Counted from the stretch's first letter, positions 1 through 10,995 are shown. The stretch is DNA of 64,000 nucleotides from Candidatus Poseidoniaceae archaeon (GCA_965662895.1 CBFIJH010000012.1:2491-66490); one strand, 5' to 3'. Notes: generated by a model not told the origin, from the letters alone. A program made the numbers and translations.

Positions 1-1
1 T

Positions 2-1552
2 GCTTGGACAGTTGTCGGATGGGTCAGGAACTCCGTCTCCATCCGAATCGAGAAGGTTCGCAGGGTCGAACAACCAAGCGTAGACATCTCTCAATCCACC
101 TGACGATACGGCCACACCCTTGTGCGTAAATGATCCGGAGAACGAACCTGTCGCACCGACAACATCGGTCGTGTTTGTTGCAAGGGCGAAGACATAATCG
201 TATTCAGCACCTCCAAACTTTTCAATCCAATCGACAGAACCGCTTGGCGATAAACCAACCATAAATCCGTCATGGTTCTGATTCAGAAGGGTTTTCGAAC
301 CTGCAGTGAAGGTTGCATTGATGTAACCTCCAAAAATTACAGAGCCTGTCGATGTAACCGTCATTGCTTGCGGTTCATCGGTAATTGAAGAACCGGAAAC
401 GACGGCCCAGGTGTTTGTTTGTGTACTCGAACTTCGCACGACAAAGATGTCATTTCCGCCATAGGTTGCTGTTGCAGTCCAGCCCGTTGCACCGATGGTT
501 CCGCCAAATGTCCCACTAAGGTATGTATCACCATTTGGCCCTACCTCGATTTGCAAGACGAGGGTTGATTGACCAGAAGTACCAATGCCTTCAGTTCCGA
601 GGACAATACCGAATTCATCGAGATCGACAATGACAGCGTCGAGGTTTCCGTTTGCAACATAATTGTACGTGGCCCATTGCGATACACTCGTCGTTGCAGT
701 GGCCAACTTTATCTCGCCGTTTTGTGCTAAAGCCATATCAAATACCGTATCTGCATCAATTCCACCCCCACTTGTAGCCCACAACAGACCTCCAGACTGC
801 CCGTCGTATCTTGCAACGAAGATATCTTGGCTGGTCGCATTGATTGAAAAGCCGCTACCAAAGTCTGTTTCTCCACTGAACATTCCAGCTACGATTACAT
901 CCCCAGAGGGATGCAGTTCTGCGTGCGTGGCCCGACTGAATTCGCCAGTTCCATTGACGAGCGTTGAAAGGTTGTTCGCCCACATCCACCCTTGTCCAAA
1001 ACTGTACATTGCAGTAAAGCCTTCAAAATGACCGCCAGAATTGAGATTTGAAATTTGCAGGTTCTGTCCTTGTTGACCAAAGAGAATCGTTCCGTAATAA
1101 TAGCCGGTTACAACAATCTCGTCGTTGTATCCAACAGCAACATCCGTAAGGTAAGAGATGCCCCCTCCATTGGTACCATGATCAGCGCTGATGAACCCAT
1201 TCCAAGCCCCAGAATCGGTAAGCAGAGCTAGGAAAAATTCACCTCCAAATTGTGCGAGGTTTGCAGGAACGGTGGGATTGAGCGTATATCCTCCATAATT
1301 TAGAGTCGAAGAGAATTCCGAACCAACGACCCATCCTCCGGCAGGAAATGCTTCGATGTGTTCCCCATCCTCATTGTTCGAACCACTTCCAGTTGCAAGC
1401 ATTGTCGCAACGGAACGACCCGATGTTTCGAAAACTAGATCTTCTGCTATTGAATCAAGTTCATCAAAGTTTACGGCCTTGGGAACTGCTACTGAACAGA
1501 CCATTAGGGCAATCAGGAACGTGGCTGAGAACGCTTTCAGACTCGGGCGCAT
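2..1552 (-). CDS. Secreted/surface protein with beta-propeller (SBBP-like) repeats followed by a TSP3-type Ca-binding repeat; 3' end runs off the window
   Basis: Not in the ORF track because there is no stop in the window. Manual translation from ATG 1552 gives the signal peptide MRPSLKAFSATFLIALMVCSVAVP, repeats such as DVIVAGMFSGETDFG...DIFVARYD...LLWA, and DSDGDGVPDPSDNCP at the window edge. Confidence 0.8.
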   Translation of the reverse strand, partial: MRPSLKAFSATFLIALMVCSVAVPKAVNFDELDSIAEDLVFETSGRSVATMLATGSGSNNEDGEHIEAFPAGGWVVGSEFSSTLNYGGYTLNPTVPANLAQFGGEFFLALLTDSGAWNGFISADHGTNGGGISYLTDVAVGYNDEIVVTGYYYGTILFGQQGQNLQISNLNSGGHFEGFTAMYSFGQGWMWANNLSTLVNGTGEFSRATHAELHPSGDVIVAGMFSGETDFGSGFSINATSQDIFVARYDGQSGGLLWATSGGGIDADTVFDMALAQNGEIKLATATTSVSQWATYNYVANGNLDAVIVDLDEFGIVLGTEGIGTSGQSTLVLQIEVGPNGDTYLSGTFGGTIGATGWTATATYGGNDIFVVRSSSTQTNTWAVVSGSSITDEPQAMTVTSTGSVIFGGYINATFTAGSKTLLNQNHDGFMVGLSPSGSVDWIEKFGGAEYDYVFALATNTTDVVGATGSFSGSFTHKGVAVSSGGLRDVYAWLFDPANLLDSDGDGVPDPSDNCPS

Positions 1553-1606
1553 AGCCGTGCTATACCCTTTACAGACATCAAGCCTTTCATCGAATGTGCT
1601 GTTTTT

Positions 1607-1906
1607 TCAAGCGATGTTATCATCGAGTTGCAGCAAATCACTGTCACCCGCATCGAGGATGCAAATGGTTGAGATGCTGAACGGTTTACCGCACGCAACA
1701 CCAAGTTCACGGTTTACGACAGGTGCTTGGTGAACCGTCACTTCTGGGTGACGGGCTCGAAGATCATCGATGTAATCACTCGGGCAGTTTGCAGCAAGGA
1801 GAACCAGTCGTGCATCTCCTTTCGCACACGCATCGAGCGTCTGTCGTTGTCCAAAAAGTAGGCTTCCTGTTGCAATCGCAAGTTTTAGTTGTCGGCTTAA
1901 ATCCAT
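1607..1906 (-). CDS. rpl30e: 50S ribosomal protein L30e
   Basis: MDLSRQLKLAIATGSLLFGQRQT...LVLLAANCP...ELGVACGKPF...ILDAGDSD. Canonical position after rpoA''. GGAGG lies upstream of ATG 1906. Confidence 0.95.
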   Translation of the reverse strand: MDLSRQLKLAIATGSLLFGQRQTLDACAKGDARLVLLAANCPSDYIDDLRARHPEVTVHQAPVVNRELGVACGKPFSISTICILDAGDSDLLQLDDNIA

Positions 1907-1948
1907 TTTCTTTCCTCCATTCTCCACGTGTGTTTCTCATGGTTGGAA

Positions 1949-3517
1949 TCATTCCTCAGGGATGTAGAACAACTCGACGCTACCTGTTCCAAGGGAAATC
2001 GGTTGTCCAACAATAATGTTCTCTGCAACACCAGTGAGACGGTCTGTCTCACCAATGATACCTGCCTTGAGCAGATGGTTAACGGTAACCTCGAAGGCAG
2101 CTCGTGCAAGAATACTGTGTTTTGTTCCTGAGACACCGTGTCGACCAATCGCTCGTACTTCACCTTCAGAAGTCATGACGTCGGCAACCATCAACAGGTG
2201 TCGAACGTCTACTTCGAGGCGCGCACTGAGCAGCGTTGACTCAAGTTCGTTGATGATTGCTTGACGTGCTGCTTCAATACCGAGGTAGTTGTAAATCTCG
2301 ATGATGTTGTTGGTGTAGGTTCGTGATCGGTCAATGGTTTCAATTTCACTAACTCTTGATAGGTTTGAACCGATGGTTGAGAGGTAGTATTCTCCATTTT
2401 TATCATCAAACTGAACGTTGGCTCGTTCAATGCCCGGTATACCCTTGAGTCGTAAATCTCGAATCTTTTCCTCAAGTTGGAGGAGCATGGTATACGAAGG
2501 TGGATTTTCTTGCAAATCAGCCAATTCTTCTTCACTCGAGATACCCGGAATGATTGTCAAGACTCCAGGATTCTTCTCTTTGTCGGTTTGTACGAGAGTT
2601 CGCAGTGCTCGTTCAAGTTTGTCCTTGACTTCCAAACCGGTCATATTCTTCTGCTTCAGTTGGCCTTTGTTGAGTTTCAAGACCAAACGGCGTTGCGCGA
2701 CGTCTGTTTCGATGTTGGCGATGTTGAAAGTTGTTGTTACTTCAAGCGCTGCAGCAAGTTTCTGAGCCTCATCGCTTGAATTCTTTTTCTCACCCTTCAA
2801 ACGGATGATCATCGTCGGCGTACTCGGAACCTTTCGAGCATCAACAATTTCGATGATACGTGGCAAACCTTGGGTTACGTTGACGGTTGCAACACCAGCA
2901 TAGTGAAACGTACGCATGGTCATTTGTGTTCCTGGTTCACCAATGGATTGAGCGGTGATGATTCCTGCCGCTTCGAACGGGTCAATGCTCGCTTTGTCAA
3001 GTGCAGCATAAGCATCAGCAACAACTGTTGCTGCTTGCTTCTTGGTCAACTTCTTCAAGTTACGTTCGTGGATAGCCAGCGTCATGTCGTGAAGGATTTT
3101 ACCACTGAACCTGTTGGTGCCCAAATCATCGACTGCTGCTTTGAGCGATTTGTAAACAGGATCATCAGCGAATTCGTCATCGTACGAACGAAGTTTCTTT
3201 TCAACATTGTATGCATCCAAATCTGCAGCGGTTTTCGCACGAGAACGGGTTCTGGAACCAACACGGCGCTTGAGGCGAACGTTTGTGGTTGGGCCAGTTG
3301 CCTCTGAACCAGCGGCTCGATTCTTTTTCAGTGCACCTTCAATGGTTTCACGAATTTTACCTGCAGTCTCGGAATCGGTTTCACAAACTTGAGCAATGTC
3401 TTGTGCTGAAAGCACTTTGACGTCGTCCCACTTTCGGTCGTTGGCCAACGTATGTGCAAAATTTTCTGCAATACCCAAGTCCATGAGTTTCTTCTTTGTT
3501 GCACTCTTAACAACCAT
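1949..3517 (-). CDS. rpoA2: DNA-directed RNA polymerase subunit A'' (Rpo1C) with an N-terminal extension
   Basis: [22 protein letters not shown] (trigger loop), [42 protein letters not shown]...GTG. Confidence 0.97.
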   Translation of the reverse strand: MVVKSATKKKLMDLGIAENFAHTLANDRKWDDVKVLSAQDIAQVCETDSETAGKIRETIEGALKKNRAAGSEATGPTTNVRLKRRVGSRTRSRAKTAADLDAYNVEKKLRSYDDEFADDPVYKSLKAAVDDLGTNRFSGKILHDMTLAIHERNLKKLTKKQAATVVADAYAALDKASIDPFEAAGIITAQSIGEPGTQMTMRTFHYAGVATVNVTQGLPRIIEIVDARKVPSTPTMIIRLKGEKKNSSDEAQKLAAALEVTTTFNIANIETDVAQRRLVLKLNKGQLKQKNMTGLEVKDKLERALRTLVQTDKEKNPGVLTIIPGISSEEELADLQENPPSYTMLLQLEEKIRDLRLKGIPGIERANVQFDDKNGEYYLSTIGSNLSRVSEIETIDRSRTYTNNIIEIYNYLGIEAARQAIINELESTLLSARLEVDVRHLLMVADVMTSEGEVRAIGRHGVSGTKHSILARAAFEVTVNHLLKAGIIGETDRLTGVAENIIVGQPISLGTGSVELFYIPEE

Positions 3518-6500
3518 CAGAGGTCACCTCCATCGTGGAATTCTTCAACATCATCCCAAGCACCAAGGTCCTCCTCGGTTTCTTCACGCTCGATGCTTTC
3601 ACGAGTAATCTTTGAACCACCATCGGTTCCAAGAGCACCGTCAATGACGACGTCAATGTTGAAAGCTGCACCGTGAACACCTCGGCTTGGATCAATACCA
3701 TCTTCTCCATAGGAGAATTGGATGATTCGATTTGCTGTGTTACGAACGGAGAGCATATCATCGTTGAAGACCTTCAAATCATCCATTGCGTTGATCAAAC
3801 GTCGTTGCATGTACCCGGACTTCGAGGTACGAACAGCGGTATCGACAAGTGATTCTCTTCCTGAAACTGAGAGCATAAAGAACTCCGTCGGCTCAAGTCC
3901 ACGTTTGAATGAACCTGAAATGAAGCCTCGATCTTGAGCGCCACGTCCACCACGCTTGAAGTGCGGAAGAACACGGTCATCGTAACCACGCTCGAGACGC
4001 TTTCCACGGACTTTTGCTTGTCCAATGGAACCTGCCATCATGTTGAGGTTGTCCATCGATCCACGTGCACCTGAAATTGCCATGTTGACCGCAGCATTTG
4101 TTGAACCTGATTGATTCAGTTCATCCTTTGCAACGTCACCAGCGGCTTGCTTTCCTTCGTCGAGCATGACCATGATGTTCTCCTCGAGGGTCTCACGCAT
4201 GGTTCGACCTGGACGAGGCTCATACTTTCGAGGGTCGCCTTTCGCAGTTTCAAAACGCTCGAGTTCTTCTTCAACGAGTGTGCGTGCAGCAGCATTGGCT
4301 TCATCAATAGCGTCGAGAGCCTCGCGGCTTAGATCTTCATCATCAATACCTGTCGTAAATCCAAGGGATGTGCATGCTGCGATGGAGAGTCGTGTGAATT
4401 CGTTGAGGAACTGTGCACCCTTCTCGGAACCGTTGCTCTGTACGATGGCGTCGAGAAGACGACCGTCTTCAGCACCAATTGCACGCTTATCGAGGGTTCC
4501 GACAACATTTCCATCCTTGACGTGAACTTCATCACGGCTTCGTGACATAAAGTGAAGGTTGATGTTGTCAGGAACAATCAATGAAATCAAATCTTGTCCA
4601 CGGAAAGCATCGTTCCCGTTTTCATCCTTAACGACTTCAGGAAGGTCACCAGTGTAAGCGATGCTTCCAAGCATTTCCAAACCATGGGCCTTGGAAACCA
4701 AGGTTCCTGGACGAGAAAGCAGGTAAGCACCAGAGATGTGATCGTGGATTCCACCGATGACTGCTCCACCATAACGAGGTGTCAGGATGTGCTCTTGCAC
4801 ACGCATCAGAATCTTAGCTTCAGCACGGGCTTCTTCAGATTGAATAACGTGCAAGTTCATTTCGTCACCATCAAAATCAGCGTTGTACGGTGTACAAACG
4901 GCGAGGTTGAAACGGAAAGTGTGACCTTCCATGACTCGAACTTCGTGAACCATCATCGACATTCGGTGAAGCGAAGGTTGTCGGTTGAAGATGGCAACGT
5001 CACCATCGATGAGGTGGCGCTCAACTTGCATACCGGGCTTCGGATTCCCGCGGATATCCACAGTCGAAAGTCGGTCTTCGACGGGTGTTGGCATCTCGTA
5101 ATCATCTTCTGGGCTGCCACAGTGTGGGCAACGAATCTCAAGATGCTCTGGGAATGGCTCAGGGTCCGGGTTGTCGGCTTGGGCAAGTTCATGCATCCAA
5201 CGGTAGTGAAGAACCGCTCGTGGGTCATCCTCTGGCAGAGGGTGCCCATGCTCGTCTTCGCCACGAAGGTTTCGTAGCGTTTCTTCATCATCGACGATGT
5301 AACTGGATTCGGTCAAATCGCTACCCTCGACACGGTTGATGAGAGGACGAACAACCAGTCCAGGCAAGAAGTTTGGTGCTGGAAGTACAGAATCCAAGTC
5401 GAAACGCAGTGTGTGTTCCGATTCACATTCAGGGTTGTGGCATCGGAATCCTGCGTTGATCAAGCGGCTTCGTGGGTTGATTCGAACACGTCGACCATCT
5501 CCACGAACGATGTAGTTGACACCAGGATGTACTTCTGGTCCGCGTAGAATCATTTGACGCATTTGTTCACGATTTCGCAGCGTTACGCGGATGGGAACGG
5601 TCAATTCCTTGGCCACTTTCACAGGGACACCGACTTCGTTAACACCGAGATAGGGATCCGGAGAAATAACGGAACGTGCACAGAAATTAACACGCTTTCC
5701 GGAGAGGTTCGAACGGAAACGACCTTCCTTACCCTTCAATCGCTGGGTCAACGTTTTGAGGGTACGACCTGAACGGTGTCGAGCAGGAGGTACACCGGAA
5801 GTTTGGTTGTCAAAGTAGGTTGTAACGTGGTATTGCAACAACTCCCACAAGTCTTCAACAATCAGTTGCGGAGCACCCGAATCACGATTTTCTTGAAGGC
5901 GTTGGTTGATACGTAGAACGTCGACGAGTTTGTGCGTGAGGTCGTCTTCCGAACGGTCACCACTGTCAAGGGTAATCGATGGACGTACGGTGATAGGTGG
6001 AACTGGAAGGACTTTGAGAACCGTCCACTCAGGGCGGTTTTGCTTGTCCATTCCAATGAAGATGAGGTGCTCATCAGGGATACTCGCGAGCCACTCTCGA
6101 ACGTCTCGAGGATTCATCTTGCGCTCTGTTTCCTTTCCACCGGTTCCGACGTTCTCAGTACGCTCTTTGAATGTGGTCGGTTTGTCGAGTCGAATCTCGC
6201 CTTGGGTTTCACCACAGTGCATACATGTTCGTCGGTTCTTGCTTGAAGCTACCTTTTCGACTTCCTTGATGATGCTTGAGAATTCTGTCGAACCTACGCC
6301 GTGTTTGGTGATAATGTCCTTGATTCGCGAGCGGTAGTAATCTTGCTCGGAAAGTTCCGGATTTGATGGGTGTGTTTCTTTCGCAGAGTGAAGAAGAACT
6401 TGGCTGCAGGATTTGCATGTGGACTTGAGTGCAGTCTTGATCAGGTTAACGAACCCGATGTGAATAACAGGCAGTTCAAGTTGAATGTGTCCAAAGTGGC

Positions 6501-6726
6501 CAGGTGATTCATCGTACTTGCAGTTGTCCGTTGGACAAACCAAACCAGGTTCAATGACACCCATGTGCGGATCCATTAGGCCTTGACGGTAGGCGTGACC
6601 ATCGTCCTTGTAAGTGTCAGGAGTCTTTACTTCAACAGAGGACATCTTACGGATTTCAACAGGGTCCATCAGGCCGAAACGGATTTGTGCAATTCGCTTT
6701 GGTATCAATGTGGTTTTTCGGCTCAT
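3517..6726 (-). CDS. rpoA1: DNA-directed RNA polymerase subunit A' (Rpo1N)
   Basis: Catalytic [49 protein letters not shown]. Confidence 0.98.
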   Translation of the reverse strand: MSRKTTLIPKRIAQIRFGLMDPVEIRKMSSVEVKTPDTYKDDGHAYRQGLMDPHMGVIEPGLVCPTDNCKYDESPGHFGHIQLELPVIHIGFVNLIKTALKSTCKSCSQVLLHSAKETHPSNPELSEQDYYRSRIKDIITKHGVGSTEFSSIIKEVEKVASSKNRRTCMHCGETQGEIRLDKPTTFKERTENVGTGGKETERKMNPRDVREWLASIPDEHLIFIGMDKQNRPEWTVLKVLPVPPITVRPSITLDSGDRSEDDLTHKLVDVLRINQRLQENRDSGAPQLIVEDLWELLQYHVTTYFDNQTSGVPPARHRSGRTLKTLTQRLKGKEGRFRSNLSGKRVNFCARSVISPDPYLGVNEVGVPVKVAKELTVPIRVTLRNREQMRQMILRGPEVHPGVNYIVRGDGRRVRINPRSRLINAGFRCHNPECESEHTLRFDLDSVLPAPNFLPGLVVRPLINRVEGSDLTESSYIVDDEETLRNLRGEDEHGHPLPEDDPRAVLHYRWMHELAQADNPDPEPFPEHLEIRCPHCGSPEDDYEMPTPVEDRLSTVDIRGNPKPGMQVERHLIDGDVAIFNRQPSLHRMSMMVHEVRVMEGHTFRFNLAVCTPYNADFDGDEMNLHVIQSEEARAEAKILMRVQEHILTPRYGGAVIGGIHDHISGAYLLSRPGTLVSKAHGLEMLGSIAYTGDLPEVVKDENGNDAFRGQDLISLIVPDNINLHFMSRSRDEVHVKDGNVVGTLDKRAIGAEDGRLLDAIVQSNGSEKGAQFLNEFTRLSIAACTSLGFTTGIDDEDLSREALDAIDEANAAARTLVEEELERFETAKGDPRKYEPRPGRTMRETLEENIMVMLDEGKQAAGDVAKDELNQSGSTNAAVNMAISGARGSMDNLNMMAGSIGQAKVRGKRLERGYDDRVLPHFKRGGRGAQDRGFISGSFKRGLEPTEFFMLSVSGRESLVDTAVRTSKSGYMQRRLINAMDDLKVFNDDMLSVRNTANRIIQFSYGEDGIDPSRGVHGAAFNIDVVIDGALGTDGGSKITRESIEREETEEDLGAWDDVEEFHDGGDL

Positions 6727-9700
6727 CTTCGGTCCTCCAGTTCAAGTCGCATGGCTACCCCAAGACTCTTCATTTCGTCGAGCAGGAGTTTGAATGCATA
6801 GGATGTTTGTACCTTGTAGACTTCAGCACCGTCACCGTGGACAGGGCTGACGTACGTGCGACGTTTTGGATCGTACCAGGCGATGTGACCCGATTGGGCA
6901 CACACGTACATGTCAATACCATCGGATTCGTCGAGGAGACGATCTTTGATGACCATGGACGCTCCATGAGCAATCAAGCAGTCACGTTCCATCTCACCGA
7001 ATCGTAGACCACCTTGACGGGCACGTCCTTCGGTTGGTTGGCGGGTGAGAATCTGAACTCGTCCTCGGGAACGAGCGTGAATCTTCGAACTGACGAGGTG
7101 GTGGAGTCGTTGGTAATAGATACAGCCGACGAAGATTTCTGCAGGGTAAGCTTCACCTGTTTCACCGTTAATCATTGTTTCTCGACCTGTGTGGGCAAGC
7201 CCATTGCGTACGAGTCCGTCACGAAGACTGCTTTCCTTTTCACCACGGAATGCGGTACCATCGATTCGACGGCCTTCCATTGCTCCGACCTTCCCACCAA
7301 TCATTTCCAGAACGTGGGCAACGGTCATCCGGGACGGAATAGCGTGAGGGTTGATGATCAAATCAGGGACGACACCGTCTTGTGTAAACGGCATATCTTC
7401 GGGCTCGACAAGTCGGCCAATGACACCTTTTTGTCCGTGACGTGATGCAAATTTGTCACCAACTTCTGGAACTTTGTGGCTTCGCACCATCACTCGAACA
7501 AGACGTCCGGAGTTGTCGGACTCTGTAACGTAGACGTTGTCAACCCATCCTTTCTCTCCATGACGAACAAGCATCGAAGATTCTCGGCGTTCTTGCGCCA
7601 TGAGGAAGGCTCCGCTGTTTGATTCCTCAAGGAATCGAGGCGGGCTCGTCTTTCCAACAAGAACATCGCCACCTTCAAGGTAAGTTTCAGGGAGAGGCAG
7701 GCCGTCATCTTCGAGATGGAAGTATGCTTCAGCGGGCTTCAATCCCTTCACTTCCGTCAACTTGTTTCCTGGCTTTTCGATTTCTTCTACTTGACCACCT
7801 GGGAATCGTCGTCGCTCAGCATTGTACGTCCGGTTGAACGTTGACCGTCCAAGGCCACGATCAACAGATGCACGATTCATGATAACTGCATCTTGCATGT
7901 TGTAGCCGTGTAGAGACATGATTGCAACGATGAAGTTTTGTCCTCCTGGCCGCTCATCGAAATTTGTAGTTCGCATGGCATCCGTGCGGACGATTGAACG
8001 GTGCGGATAATGCAGGATGTGCGCACGTGTGTCAGGTCGCATACGGTAATTTGCACTTGGCAATCCGAGAGATTGCTTGACCATTGCAGTACCACCGGTA
8101 ACACGTGGCGTTGAGTTGTGTTCTGGATACGGAATGAGAGAAGCACATACACCGAGAACGAGCTGTGGATCGATTTCGACGTGTGTGTGCTCTGCAGTGT
8201 AGAGAAGCGGCACATCAAACTTGGCGACTTCGATGCTACCATTTGGCATTCGAACCTCAGCCTCAATCGAAGCAAATTCTACACCAGGTTCTCCAAGATT
8301 TGTCCAACGGATTTTCTCGTGCGTTACAGGTCGACCTTCGAGAGGTCCTTGTGGTACGGTTTCAGGAAGGACGAACGGGCGTGGTGCGATGTAGAGATCT
8401 TCTTCTTCCTCAGCGTCGACCCATTCGACGATTCCATCAATGACCAAGTCACGGAACGTGATGGTACCATCTGCGAGACCGACGAGATGACTGTTTTCGA
8501 GTCGAGGCGTTCCGTCGTAAAGAATCAGCAGCGGACGAAGGATTCGACCCTTATCGGTGTTGATGAAGATATCTCGATTTTCTGTGTCGTGACGAATGGA
8601 GACCTCGGATGGAATCGTTCCTCGTCGGCGGCTGTTTTTGAACTGAGAAAGCAAGTTCTTTCCGTTCTTGTGCATTCCATAAATGTCACCGTTTACGTGA
8701 ATTCGGTCTCCGTCAGTCCAGTCTTTCGGCTGGTATACGTCCAATTCATCGAGGCGTTCGCGGACTTCCTGGGGGTCAACCTCTTCGGAAATATCGACCA
8801 TCTGCGCTGCGTTCTTTACCAGTCCACAGTTTTGTCCTTCTGGCGTCTCGTTCGGACACAAACGTCCCCATTGCGTTGGGTGAAGGTCACGGGCCTCGAA
8901 ATGCGGTTGACTTCGAACCAATGGCGATGTGACACGGCGCATGTGCGAGAGCGAAGCGAGGTAGGTTGTTCGGTCAAGGAGTTGGCTTACTCCCGATCGT
9001 CCGCCGACCCAGTTACCGGTTGCAAGGGCGTGGAGAATTTTCGAAGAAAGAACGTCCGGACGAAGGCACGATGTAATCTTCAACTCTCGCTTTCGGTTAT
9101 GATGGCGTTCAAGTTGGTATTTGAGGTCACGTGCGAGCTGTCCGGATGAAACGCGGAACAAATCTTCGATGAGGTCCCCTGCGAGACGTACACGCTTGTT
9201 TGCATAGTGGTCCTTGTCGTTTGGTTCGCTATCGTTGAGCGCCATTTCGAGAACTTGACGAACAATGCGGCCAAGGAAAATTGCTTTCTTCTTTCTGTCT
9301 TCAACCTGGTCGCCCAAGTGAGGCAACAACTCACGGTCGAGAAGTTGATTGACACGAGCCTCGCGGTACTCCTTTTGCTGACCGGCTGCAAATTTCTTCT
9401 GCAACCACTCGTATGCTTCAGGTTCGCTCTTGACGAAGAACTCCTCGTTGTCGTTCACTTCGTTGATGTTCGCAACGATGTACTTGAACGTCTCTTGAGG
9501 ACCCGAAATTGCGGTGAAGATTTCTTGGTCATTCTCAATACCGAGAGCACGCATCAACAAAACAACTGGAATTGGTGTGGTTCCAGCTGTGCTTACCTTC
9601 ACCATCAGCATACCGTCACGGCGCTTTTCAACAGTAAGTGGTTTGCGCATTCCGTTTTTCTGGGAGAAAATCTTTGCAACCTCAGTTCGCTTCGCAGTTC

Positions 9701-10331
9701 GCTTGTTGATTTCAACCGTAACTCGGTTTGGTGCAAGATCTTCCATGGAAATGAGAACACGTTCTGTTCCATTGATGATGAAATAGCCACCTGGGTCAAG
9801 CGGGTCCTCGCCCTTGTCACGTAGGAGGTTCGCAAGTAATGCTGCATCTTCAGGGGATTTGGATGGCTCGAGGGTTCGGCCATCGGCGATGTGACTTGGG
9901 TGGAGATGGCACCGGCGTGATCGAACCATGATCGGTATCGCTCCGACTTGGACACCTTCTTCGGGGAATGAAGCGACTCCGTTTCGGTAAATTGTGAAGT
10001 CAATGGTGACTGGGGATTGGTAGGTTAACTTGCGCAGACGGCATTCCATCGGCGATGCGTTGTGATACGAACCATTTGCTTCACGGATGTTTGGAGCGCC
10101 CAGTGTGATGTTTTTCATACGAATGACAATGTCTTGGTCAGCGACGTCGAGCTTGATGTAGCCGCCAAGTTCATCGATGATTTCTTCATCCGTACCAACG
10201 CGGATGTTCTGGATGATTCGCTCCATTCGGGACAACTGGTTATCGGTTGAAGGTATGCAATCGTTGTACGATGCGAGCTGATGGTTGACAAGGCTACGTT
10301 CTCGGAAAAAGGATTCAATTATTTCTTGCAT
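6723..10331 (-). CDS. rpoB: DNA-directed RNA polymerase subunit B (Rpo2, unsplit)
   Basis: GGYFIINGTERV, ETPEGQNCGLVKN, GDKFASRHGQKG, RFGEMERD. Start reassigned to MQEIIESFF at 10331; the longer ORF overlaps rpoH. Confidence 0.97.
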   Translation of the reverse strand: MQEIIESFFRERSLVNHQLASYNDCIPSTDNQLSRMERIIQNIRVGTDEEIIDELGGYIKLDVADQDIVIRMKNITLGAPNIREANGSYHNASPMECRLRKLTYQSPVTIDFTIYRNGVASFPEEGVQVGAIPIMVRSRRCHLHPSHIADGRTLEPSKSPEDAALLANLLRDKGEDPLDPGGYFIINGTERVLISMEDLAPNRVTVEINKRTAKRTEVAKIFSQKNGMRKPLTVEKRRDGMLMVKVSTAGTTPIPVVLLMRALGIENDQEIFTAISGPQETFKYIVANINEVNDNEEFFVKSEPEAYEWLQKKFAAGQQKEYREARVNQLLDRELLPHLGDQVEDRKKKAIFLGRIVRQVLEMALNDSEPNDKDHYANKRVRLAGDLIEDLFRVSSGQLARDLKYQLERHHNRKRELKITSCLRPDVLSSKILHALATGNWVGGRSGVSQLLDRTTYLASLSHMRRVTSPLVRSQPHFEARDLHPTQWGRLCPNETPEGQNCGLVKNAAQMVDISEEVDPQEVRERLDELDVYQPKDWTDGDRIHVNGDIYGMHKNGKNLLSQFKNSRRRGTIPSEVSIRHDTENRDIFINTDKGRILRPLLILYDGTPRLENSHLVGLADGTITFRDLVIDGIVEWVDAEEEEDLYIAPRPFVLPETVPQGPLEGRPVTHEKIRWTNLGEPGVEFASIEAEVRMPNGSIEVAKFDVPLLYTAEHTHVEIDPQLVLGVCASLIPYPEHNSTPRVTGGTAMVKQSLGLPSANYRMRPDTRAHILHYPHRSIVRTDAMRTTNFDERPGGQNFIVAIMSLHGYNMQDAVIMNRASVDRGLGRSTFNRTYNAERRRFPGGQVEEIEKPGNKLTEVKGLKPAEAYFHLEDDGLPLPETYLEGGDVLVGKTSPPRFLEESNSGAFLMAQERRESSMLVRHGEKGWVDNVYVTESDNSGRLVRVMVRSHKVPEVGDKFASRHGQKGVIGRLVEPEDMPFTQDGVVPDLIINPHAIPSRMTVAHVLEMIGGKVGAMEGRRIDGTAFRGEKESSLRDGLVRNGLAHTGRETMINGETGEAYPAEIFVGCIYYQRLHHLVSSKIHARSRGRVQILTRQPTEGRARQGGLRFGEMERDCLIAHGASMVIKDRLLDESDGIDMYVCAQSGHIAWYDPKRRTYVSPVHGDGAEVYKVQTSYAFKLLLDEMKSLGVAMRLELEDRR

Positions 10332-10347
10332 GGTATCAACTCCAGGT

Positions 10348-10995
10348 TCAACTGCCCTCCACGATGAGGCGGTAGGCAACTGCGGTACCTGCGGATTTTG
10401 ATCGGCGTATGACCTTGAGGACACGATCTGCAATCCATCCTGCAGCCAACGGCCTGTGGTCTGGATTAGCGGCAAGTGCAGCGTTATCGATGGTTTCTGC
10501 CGCTTCCTTGATCGCTTGAACAACCGGATCCGAAATCAAAACTTTCGGAAGAATCTCCTTTGCGAGACGAAGGTTGCCGTCTTCGTCAACTTCTTCCAAA
10601 CCCCATGGTTCAAGCTCGTCACGTTCGATGTTGTATTGCTCTACAGGCGAGATGTTCGCAGCGCCGAGCAGTTCTTGATGAGGAACTAGTTCGTGATTGA
10701 GCGGGTTGAATCGAATGCTTATCTCTGGTCGATCGAATTCATCGATGGCCTTGGATGAGATGGTGATTTTCTTGCTCTTTTTGATGCGGGAGCGGCGGTT
10801 GCCCTGGTCGGCAATAATCTGCATGATTTTGGTGAAGGTTTCGCTGTCTTTTCCAATTCCGAGAATCTTTGCGATTTCATCGGCAGGCATACTTTTGATG
10901 TCGGCCATGTTTCGGTCCGTGGCAAGTTTGTGGGCGTGTTCGTCGGAGACTCCGAGTTCAATTAACCGTTTTTTCGTTGCGCTCTTTACTACCAT
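10348..10995 (-). CDS. rpoH: RNA polymerase subunit H (Rpo5), enlarged to 215 aa
   Basis: C-terminal HELVPHQELL...LPKVLISDPVV...VLKVIRRSKSAG...YRLIVE matches Rpo5/RPB5-C. First gene of the rpo operon. Confidence 0.9.
   Translation of the reverse strand: MVVKSATKKRLIELGVSDEHAHKLATDRNMADIKSMPADEIAKILGIGKDSETFTKIMQIIADQGNRRSRIKKSKKITISSKAIDEFDRPEISIRFNPLNHELVPHQELLGAANISPVEQYNIERDELEPWGLEEVDEDGNLRLAKEILPKVLISDPVVQAIKEAAETIDNAALAANPDHRPLAAGWIADRVLKVIRRSKSAGTAVAYRLIVEGS

Noticed and set aside
5045-5470. Rpo1N insertion as an intein
   Set aside because: There is no C-terminal His-Asn followed by Cys/Ser/Thr at the boundary and no LAGLIDADG blocks. Paired Cys motifs suggest a folded Zn domain instead.
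8118-9149. 343-aa antisense ORF within rpoB (and similar antisense ORFs across the window)
   Set aside because: These are shadow ORFs opposite highly conserved genes and have no recognisable motifs.
10332-10523. 64-aa N-terminal extension of Rpo2 in the ORF track
   Set aside because: It overlaps rpoH in another frame. ATG 10331 has an SD-like element and matches the expected start.
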